Below the pieces are notes generated by a model that had not been told where the DNA came from, searched no databases, and saw nothing but the letters and a program-made list of their open reading frames with translations. The position numbers were made by a program, and so were the translations under genes. From Octopus sinensis (taxonomy: Eukaryota): a stretch of DNA of 64,000 nucleotides. How positions within the stretch are numbered: position 1 is the first letter of the stretch; every line of letters begins with the position of its first letter. The stretch spans positions 62,000,001 to 62,064,000 of the forward strand of contig NC_043008.1 in NCBI RefSeq assembly GCF_006345805.1. Direction: 5' to 3'. Positions 54,193-64,000 of the stretch are shown here, in pieces.

Positions 54193-56037
54193 TAATCATA
54201 AATGATTATATATTGAATTTTGAGATACCAGAAGGCACCAACTCCACTCAGTATCAGAGCGAGCTAGAACCCGCAACTGGTATCACCGAATTCAATTTGT
54301 GAATGAAACGATTGTGTCAACAGCCCCTTCCCACCCGCGTGTAGCCAAAACAAGATGCTGTGGTCATCTACTGAGATAAAATATGGTTATCCGTAATAAT
54401 GAAGGGTGAAATTAATTAATTTGGAAAAATTATCAATTACACCAAGTAGTCTTCGGCATGTAAAAGCCTCATTCGAGGAAAATTTAAGTAATACTAAGCA
54501 ATAAGGGTTTAGCAACGAGTTGCCTTACCACATACCGAATTTAGAAATAGCAGTCAAAGGGTTATAGCTATTTCTTCTACTAAAAAGGGAGATCTCAGTA
54601 AAAACAGCATTTGGAAGGCACAAACAGGTAAGAGAGAATGAATTGACTGCAATCTATCATACATTTTTTTAGTTATCCACGGACGTACGTTTCGAAATCA
54701 AGTTTTAAGGAAAGCATACGAATTAAATATTAAATATTAAATAATAAATAATTCTATCTTACCGAAACTTCTTTTCTCTTCAGCGTAGAATACTATAATC
54801 ATAAATGATTATATATTGAATTTTGAGATACCAGAAGGCACCAACTCCACTCAGTATCAGAGCGAGCTAGAACCCGCAACTGGTATCACCGAATTCAATT
54901 TGTGAATGAAACGATTGTGTCAACAGCCCCTTCCCACCCGCGTGTAGCCAAAACAAGATGCTGTGGTCATCTACTGAGATAAAATATGGTTATCCGTAAT
55001 AATGAAGGGTGAAATTAATTAATTTGGAAAAATTATCAATTACACCAAGTAGTCTTCGGCATGTAAAAGCCTCATTCGAGGAAAATTTAAGTAATACTAA
55101 GCAATAAGGGTTTAGCAACGAGTTGCCTTACCACATACCGAATTTAGAAATAGCAGTCAAAGGGTTATAGCTATTTCTTCTACTAAAAAGGGAGATCTCA
55201 GTAAAAACAGCATTTGGAAGGCACAAACAGGTAAGAGAGAATGAATTGACTGCAATCTATCATACATTTTTTTAGTTATCCACGGACGTACGTTTCGAAA
55301 TCAAGTTTTAAGGAAAGCATACGAATTAAATATTAAATATTAAATAATAAATAATTCTATCTTACCGAAACTTCTTTTCTCTTCAGCGTAGAATACTATA
55401 ATCATAAATGATTATATATTGAATTTTGAGATACCAGAAGGCACCAACTCCACTCAGTATCAGAGCGAGCTAGGACCCGCAACTGGTATCACCGAATTCA
55501 ATTTGTGAATGAAACGATTGTGTCAACAGCCCCTTCCCACCCGCGTGTAGCCAAAACAAGATGCTGTGGTCATCTACTGAGATAAAATATGGTTATCCGT
55601 AATAATGAAGGGTGAAATTAATTAATTTGGAAAAATTATCAATTACACCAAGTAGTCTTCGGCATGTAAAAGCCTCATTCTATTTCTAAATTCGGTATGT
55701 GGTAAGGCAACTCGTTGCTAAACCCTTATTGCTTAGTATTACTTAAATTTTCCTCGAATGAGGCTTTTACATGCCGAAGACTACTTGGTGTAATTGATAA
55801 TTTTTCCAAATTAATTAATTTCACCCTTCATTATTACGGATAACCATATTTTATCTCAGTAGATGACCACAGCATCTTGTTTTGGCTACACGCGGGTGGG
55901 AAGGGGCTGTTGACACAATCGTTTCATTCACAAATTGAATTCGGTGATACCAGTTGCGGGTTCTAGCTCGCTCTGATACTGAGTGGAGTTGGTGCCTTCT
56001 GGTATCTCAAAATTCAATATATAATCATTTATGATTA

Positions 56038-56163
56038 TAGTATTCTACGCTGAGGAGAAAAGAAGTTTCGGTAAGATAGAATTATTTATTATTTAATATT
56101 TAATATTTAATTCGTATGCTTTCCTTAAAACTTGATTTCGAAACGTACGTCCGTGGATAACTA
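56038..56163 (+). ncRNA. Type I hammerhead ribozyme motif, block 2 (eight copies; cores at 56050, 56653, 57255, 57858, 58461, 59064, 59674, 60276)
   Basis: UAGU-AU-UCUACG-CUGA(G/A)GA-[83-nt stem II: GAAA/UUUC, 2x2 loop, AAGUUU/AAACUU]-GAAAC-GUAC-GUC^-CGUGGA-UA-ACUA. Stem I is 6+4 bp, stem III is 2 bp with a palindromic GUAC loop, and the cleavage triplet is GUC (after 56151). Confidence 0.82.
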
Positions 56164-59100
56164 AAAAAATGTATGATAGATTGCAGTCAATTCATTCTCT
56201 CTTACCTGTTTGTGCCTTCCAAATGCTGTTTTTACTGAGATCTCCCTTTTTAGTAGAAGAAATAGCTATAACCCTTTGACTGCTATTTCTAAATTCGGTA
56301 TGTGGTAAGGCAACTCGTTGCTAAACCCTTATTGCTTAGTATTACTTAAATTTTCCTCGAATGAGGCTTTTACATGCCGAAGACTACTTGGTGTAATTGA
56401 TAATTTTTCCAAATTAATTAATTTCACCCTTCATTATTACGGATAACCATATTTTATCTCAGTAGATGACCACAGCATCTTGTTTTGGCTACACGCGGGT
56501 GGGAAGGGGCTGTTGACACAATCGTTTCATTCACAAATTGAATTCGGTGATACCAGTTGCGGGTTCTAGCTCGCTCTGATACTGAGTGGAGTTAGTGCCT
56601 TCTGGTATCTCAAAATTCAATATATAATCATTTATGATTATAGTATTCTACGCTGAGGAGAAAAGAAGTTTCGGTAAGATAGAATTATTTATTATTTAAT
56701 ATTTAATATTTAATTCGTATGCTTTCCTTAAAACTTGATTTCGAACGTACGTCCGTGGATAACTAAAAAAATGTATGATAGATTGCAGTCAATTCATTCT
56801 CTCTTACCTGTTTGTGCCTTCCAAATGCTGTTTTTACTGAGATCTCCCTTTTTAGTAGAAGAAATAGCTATAACCCTTTGACTGCTATTTCTAAATTCGG
56901 TATGTGGTAAGGCAACTCGTTGCTAAACCCTTATTGCTTAGTATTACTTAAATTTTCCTCGAATGAGGCTTTTACATGCCGAAGACTACTTGGTGTAATT
57001 GATAATTTTTCCAAATTAATTAATTTCACCCTTCATTATTACGGATAACCATATTTTATCTCAGTAGATGACCACAGCATCTTGTTTTGGCTACACGCGG
57101 GTGGGAAGGGGCTGTTGACACAATCGTTTCATTCACAAATTGAATTCGGTGATACCAGTTGCGGGTTCTAGCTCGCTCTGATACTGAGTGGAGTTGGTGC
57201 CTTCTGGTATCTCAAAATTCAATATATAATCATTTATGATTATAGTATTCTACGCTGAGGAGAAAAGAAGTTTCGGTAAGATAGAATTATTTATTATTTA
57301 ATATTTAATATTTAATTCGTATGCTTTCCTTAAAACTTGATTTCGAAACGTACGTCCGTGGATAACTAAAAAAATGTATGATAGATTGCAGTCAATTCAT
57401 TCTCTCTTACCTGTTTGTGCCTTCCAAATGCTGTTTTTACTGAGATCTCCCTTTTTAGTAGAAGAAATAGCTATAACCCTTTGACTGCTATTTCTAAATT
57501 CGGTATGTGGTAAGGCAACTCGTTGCTAAACCCTTATTGCTTAGTATTACTTAAATTTTCCTCGAATGAGGCTTTTACATGCCGAAGACTACTTGGTGTA
57601 ATTGATAATTTTTCCAAATTAATTAATTTCACCCTTCATTATTACGGATAACCATATTTTATCTCAGTAGATGACCACAGCATCTTGTTTTGGCTACACG
57701 CGGGTGGGAAGGGGCTGTTGACACAATCGTTTCATTCACAAATTGAATTCGGTGATACCAGTTGCGGGTTCTAGCTCGCTCTGATACTGAGTGGAGTTGG
57801 TGCCTTCTGGTATCTCAAAATTCAATATATAATCATTTATGATTATAGTATTCTACGCTGAAGAGAAAAGAAGTTTCGGTAAGATAGAATTATTTATTAT
57901 TTAATATTTAATATTTAATTCGTATGCTTTCCTTAAAACTTGATTTCGAAACGTACGTCCGTGGATAACTAAAAAAATGTATGATAGATTGCAGTCAATT
58001 CATTCTCTCTTACCTGTTTGTGCCTTCCAAATGCTGTTTTTACTGAGATCTCCCTTTTTAGTAGAAGAAATAGCTATAACCCTTTGACTGCTATTTCTAA
58101 ATTCGGTATGTGGTAAGGCAACTCGTTGCTAAACCCTTATTGCTTAGTATTACTTAAATTTTCCTCGAATGAGGCTTTTACATGCCGAAGACTACTTGGT
58201 GTAATTGATAATTTTTCCAAATTAATTAATTTCACCCTTCATTATTACGGATAACCATATTTTATCTCAGTAGATGACCACAGCATCTTGTTTTGGCTAC
58301 ACGCGGGTGGGAAGGGGCTGTTGACACAATCGTTTCATTCACAAATTGAATTCGGTGATACCAGTTGCGGGTTCTAGCTCGCTCTGATACTGAGTGGAGT
58401 TGGTGCCTTCTGGTATCTCAAAATTCAATATATAATCATTTATGATTATAGTATTCTACGCTGAAGAGAAAAGAAGTTTCGGTAAGATAGAATTATTTAT
58501 TATTTAATATTTAATATTTAATTCGTATGCTTTCCTTAAAACTTGATTTCGAAACGTACGTCCGTGGATAACTAAAAAAATGTATGATAGATTGCAGTCA
58601 ATTCATTCTCTCTTACCTGTTTGTGCCTTCCAAATGCTGTTTTTACTGAGATCTCCCTTTTTAGTAGAAGAAATAGCTATAACCCTTTGACTGCTATTTC
58701 TAAATTCGGTATGTGGTAAGGCAACTCGTTGCTAAACCCTTATTGCTTAGTATTACTTAAATTTTCCTCGAATGAGGCTTTTACATGCCGAAGACTACTT
58801 GGTGTAATTGATAATTTTTCCAAATTAATTAATTTCACCCTTCATTATTACGGATAACCATATTTTATCTCAGTAGATGACCACAGCATCTTGTTTTGGC
58901 TACACGCGGGTGGGAAGGGGCTGTTGACACAATCGTTTCATTCACAAATTGAATTCGGTGATACCAGTTGCGGGTTCTAGCTCGCTCTGATACTGAGTGG
59001 AGTTGGTGCCTTCTGGTATCTCAAAATTCAATATATAATCATTTATGATTATAGTATTCTACGCTGAGGAGAAAAGAAGTTTCGGTAAGATAGAATTATT

Positions 59101-60672
59101 TATTATTTAATATTTAATATTTAATATTTAATTCGTATGCTTTCCTTAAAACTTGATTTCGAAACGTACGTCCGTGGATAACTAAAAAAATGTATGATAG
59201 ATTGCAGTCAATTCATTCTCTCTTACCTGTTTGTGCCTTCCAAATGCTGTTTTTACTGAGATCTCCCTTTTTAGTAGAAGAAATAGCTATAACCCTTTGA
59301 CTGCTATTTCTAAATTCGGTATGTGGTAAGGCAACTCGTTGCTAAACCCTTATTGCTTAGTATTACTTAAATTTTCCTCGAATGAGGCTTTTACATGCCG
59401 AAGACTACTTGGTGTAATTGATAATTTTTCCAAATTAATTAATTTCACCCTTCATTATTACGGATAACCATATTTTATCTCAGTAGATGACCACAGCATC
59501 TTGTTTTGGCTACACGCGGGTGGGAAGGGGCTGTTGACACAATCGTTTCATTCACAAATTGAATTCGGTGATACCAGTTGCGGGTTCTAGCTCGCTCTGA
59601 TACTGAGTGGAGTTGGTGCCTTCTGGTATCTCAAAATTCAATATATAATCATTTATGATTATAGTATTCTACGCTGAGGAGAAAAGAAGTTTCGGTAAGA
59701 TAGAATTATTTATTATTTAATATTAATATTTAATTCGTATGCTTTCCTTAAAACTTGATTTCGAAACGTACGTCCGTGGATAACTAAAAAAATGTATGAT
59801 AGATTGCAGTCAATTCATTCTCTCTTACCTGTTTGTGCCTTCCAAATGCTGTTTTTACTGAGATCTCCCTTTTTAGTAGAAGAAATAGCTATAACCCTTT
59901 GACTGCTATTTCTAAATTCGGTATGTGGTAAGGCAACTCGTTGCTAAACCCTTATTGCTTAGTATTACTTAAATTTTCCTCGAATGAGGCTTTTACATGC
60001 CGAAGACTACTTGGTGTAATTGATAATTTTTCCAAATTAATTAATTTCACCCTTCATTATTACGGATAACCATATTTTATCTCAGTAGATGACCACAGCA
60101 TCTTGTTTTGGCTACACGCGGGTGGGAAGGGGCTGTTGACACAATCGTTTCATTCACAAATTGAATTCGGTGATACCAGTTGCGGGTTCTAGCTCGCTCT
60201 GATACTGAGTGGAGTTGGTGCCTTCTGGTATCTCAAAATTCAATATATAATCATTTATGATTATAGTATTCTACGCTGAAGAGAAAAGAAGTTTCGGTAA
60301 GATAGAATTATTTATTATTTAATATTTAATATTTAATTCGTATGCTTTCCTTAAAACTTGATTTCGAAACGTACGTCCGTGGATAACTAAAAAAATGTAT
60401 GATAGATTGCAGTCAATTCATTCTCTCTTACCTGTTTGTGCCTTCCAAATGCTGTTTTTACTGAGATCTCCCTTTTTAGTAGAAGAAATAGCTATAACCC
60501 TTTGACTGCTATTTCTAAATTCGGTATGTGGTAAGGCAACTCGTTGCTAACCCTTATTGCTTAGTATTACTTAAATTTTCCTCGAATGAGGCTTTTACAT
60601 GCCGAAGACTACTTGGTGTAATTGATAATTTTTCCAAATTAATTAATTTCACCCTTCATTATTACGGATAAC

Positions 60673-60724
<52 letters not shown>

Positions 60725-60729
<5 letters not shown>

Positions 60730-60900
60730 GCATACGATGGTCTTCTTTCAGTTTCCATCTACCAAATCCACTCACAAGGCTTTGGTCGGCCCGAGGCTAT
60801 AGTAGAAGACACTTGCTCAAGGTTCCACGCAGTGGGACTGAACCCGGGACCATGTGGTTGTGAAGCAAACTTCTTACAACACAGCTACTCATGCGCCTAT
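60725..60900 (-). mobile_element. SINE family 1 5' half
   Basis: Reverse complement of the head and CORE-like domain. Confidence 0.85.
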
Positions 60901-61565
60901 ATATTACAGTATTAGGATGTTACAATATTAGAAATCACGAAGTACTGCAAAGTTAGCCGAGCAGTTCAACCATGTAACCACCATACTACGCTACACCACA
61001 CAATATTTTAACTCTGACATTGTAATTAAGAAGATTCGCCAATAAACTATTTTCCTTAATAACAGTTTACCGTGATTTAACCCCTGAATAGTTTCCTTAC
61101 GACCTGATTGGCTACAAGGATTCTCATGTGTCAGTTTTGATTTTGTATGAAAAGAACTGATAAATAGAAAAATCGTTAAGGAAAGTTTCAAACAGTCGCA
61201 GAAGGTTGATGGCAACTGTCTGCCCTTTACTTGCCATCCAGTTCCTGCTCATTGTATAGAATTCTAATGATTTCAAACATGTGTCAAGAATTAAATGATA
61301 TCGTGTAGATTGTGTTGCAATAGCTGCGACAGGATTTGTTTGCAAGATTCTAATGGGTATTCTGTTATTTGACAGTGACAGTTCCACGTCGCAAGTCTCC
61401 ACCATTCTATACGTTCTGTTGTCAATATCGTTTGTTTCCAATAAGTCAAGAAACTGTAGTGTTTTCTAATGAATGGAATTGCCCTCGGAAAAGCGGAAAG
61501 TGAATATTAGGCATTTGTGTCTCTACTTGACCTAAGACCTTGAATCTAATAGTGATTGAGGAGGC

Positions 61566-61630
<65 letters not shown>

Positions 61631-62156
61631 CGATGATGATGATAATGATTAAGAAGAAATTTTATTATAGCGATGAAGACCCGTACAATAAAAACTCTAT
61701 ACAAAGCAGTTACAAAATGTAAGGGGGCGTGGACTACAATATTTTGTAAAGATATGAGCGGGGATAATGATATTGTACAACGTGTGTGTATGTGTGTACG
61801 TGTGTTTGTGTATGTTTGTATGTGTGTATATACTTGCATTTGAGGGAATCTATTTATTTGTGCTCAATATAAGTGAATAACAAATATTTAAACAGAATGC
61901 TTTGAAATAACTGGCTATAAATGATTACCCAACCAATACTAGAATGAAGATAGTCTGCGTCTAACGAACACCTCCACATCATACAACGCAGTGTACACAA
62001 ACGAAAAACAGTTAAATCAAAGGACATTAAAGTGAAGAACCTGAAGAAATTGCACCGGTATTAGAGTAGGGTTGCAATTGCAACGGTTACTACTCGATGC
62101 AGTAGAAACATATGTAGGTTTATTTGAAGCTCTATATATCTATATCTATCTATCCG

Positions 62157-62215
<59 letters not shown>

Positions 62216-62239
62216 GTCTATCTATCTATCTATCTATCT

Positions 62240-62306
<67 letters not shown>

Positions 62307-62419
62307 TCCGCAAAAATAATTAAGATTCAAGTGAATTCCAATGAATTCAATGAATATGGTACTTATCTTAGATGCACCAGAATTCTTTATGTATTAACCA
62401 TAAAATAATGTGGGATGAT

Positions 62420-62522
62420 TATAACCAAGAAAAAAAGCAACAAGAATGGAATAGTAGTTTAGTACAATTAGTAGTTTGTACTAAACTACTAATCCATTCT
62501 TGTTGCTTTTTTCTTGGTTATA
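62420..62522. repeat. 103-bp fold-back with ~47-bp arms and an 8-nt loop
   Basis: tataaccaagaaaaaaagcaacaagaatggaatagtagtttagtacaa pairs with its reverse complement at 62476-62522 (one mismatch, one 1-nt indel). Confidence 0.9.
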
Positions 62523-62544
62523 TATATATATATTCATTATAGAT

Positions 62545-62795
62545 ATAGGGTAAAGAATTATTAATCTAATAATTAATAAATTTTACAAAGTAGCTTTGTT
62601 ATGGAGAAAAATGTTATCGGTAAACACAAAGGACTTTTTTTATAATTATAAACATAATTAAGGGATTAGCAAAAAGTTGCTTCACCACAAACCGAAAATT
62701 TTAAAATAGCTGTCAAAACTACTTATTCTTCTACTACAATATATCTCCTCAGACAGTAAAAGGTACGAAGCAATTTTTTGTTAATCCCTTAATTA
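62545..62795. repeat. Diverged relative of the 603-bp unit between (TA)n tracts
   Basis: taagggattagcaaaaagttgcttcaccacaaaccgaaaattttaaaatagctgtcaaa aligns by eye with taagggtttagcaacgagttgccttaccacataccgaatttagaaatagcagtcaaa of the array. Confidence 0.65.
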
Positions 62796-62833
62796 TGTGT
62801 GTATATATATATATATGTAGATATATATATATA

Positions 62834-62903
<70 letters not shown>

Positions 62904-64000
62904 TATATATACATAAAGGAATTAAAGATAATACTTATTATTTAAAACGTCACACAGTATCCATTATATCCAATATTGCGATGTTGTTGATTGAAGATAT
63001 TGTGTTTACCGGGCGTTTAGACTGTCTGTCAGCTCACAACGACCTCAGACAGACAGTACTTTACGCAATATACGTGTATTATAACTATTATTAATATCGT
63101 CATCATCATCATCATCATCATCATAATTATTAATTGATTTATCTCTACTTTCCTATTTTCTTTCACACACACACACGCGCGCACAAACACACACACACAC
63201 ACTCACACACACACACATATGCTTGAATCTCTTTAATAATTCACAATAATGACTTTTATTACTTTTATTCCTACCTCAATTCATCTAATTGTATATATCT
63301 TTCGTTACATTTCATAAAAAGCCTTTACTTTTTGATTTCTAATGTGCATTTTCGTTTATTTTTCTTACTTTTCCCTTACATTACCACGTGTAGTTTCTAT
63401 TTTCTTTTGTAAAATTTTTCTATTATATATATATATACATCATATATATATATATATATATATAATATATATAATATATATATATATATATATGATGAAA
63501 TGAAATGAATATATATATATAAGGTCGTGCTAAAAATTTGTTATCGATTAAATACAAAGTGTGAATGCATAAGTAACAGGGTTTTATTTTAAGATACGCA
63601 TAACAGAGATAACAGATATATTTTTAAATGCATATAGAAATTAGAAACATTTGAATTTCTGATTCATACTCGATTAAAATCTCTCCAACTATGCTTAGTA
63701 AAAAATGCTTACATAATCTGCCATCAAACTTCTGAGGTTATTCTGTCTCGAATTAATCATTTAGTAGCTGAACATGGTAGGAAGGGAATCACGCCCAGCT
63801 GAAGGTACGATATATTCATCATCAGAATGAAGATATGGTTTAAATCAGCTTTTTATCTTATGAACGTTCTCTTTAATGGAGCTCTCATCTCTTTGCAATC
63901 CGGTGATTCTAGATTCCTATTCGTCTCCCACAGATTGCTTATACACTAGCTCTTATCTTTGTTTGAAGATTTCAGTACTGTGAACATAATGACATCCGAG

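Larger units (their letters stand above)
53885..60672. repeat. 603-bp tandem array in two inverted blocks: about 3.0 units (53885-55680) and about 8.3 units (55681-60672); candidate retrozyme
   Basis: Block 1 landmarks at 53885, 54488 and 55091. Block 2 landmarks at 55691, 56294, 56896, 57499, 58102, 58705, 59315, 59917 and 60520 (602-610 bp). No ORF. (TA)n on both outer ends. Confidence 0.97.

Noticed and set aside
61124-61441. 105-aa minus-strand ORF of ordinary composition
   Set aside because: Non-ATG start, no recognisable motif and no clear splice signals. It could be an unrecognised exon or transposon fragment; a BLASTX search would settle it.
63021-63057. 10-bp stem (actgtctgtc/gacagacagt) with a 17-nt loop
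   Set aside because: Short and built from low-complexity CTGT/GACA repeats, so chance is plausible.

Overview
AT-rich, microsatellite-dense eukaryotic DNA. The SINE repertoire looks like octopus (cephalopod) genomic DNA; this is recognition from memory, not a database result. I find no intact host gene, rRNA, true tRNA or CRISPR array, and nearly all ORF-track entries are microsatellite translations. The window holds many tRNA-derived SINEs of at least four families, decayed LINE pieces (a Tx1/L1-type ORF1 with a degenerate zinc knuckle and two RTE ORF2 fragments), several decayed mariner elements, and a non-autonomous Helitron/Helentron-like element. The most striking structure is a 6.8 kb non-coding array of ~603-bp units (53885-60672), more than 99% identical by eye, flanked by (TA)n and flipping orientation at 55680/55681. 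Every full unit carries a minimal type I hammerhead ribozyme fold, with 10 of 11 cores intact. Three other sequence-divergent repeats (near 2.5, 33.7 and 45.7-46.1 kb) also carry hammerhead motifs. This points to a set of retrozyme or Penelope-like non-autonomous elements that favour (TA)n or (AAT)n sites. A second theme is SINE multimers, some mixing tail types, that sit inside a single target-site duplication. All structures and alignments were read by eye.
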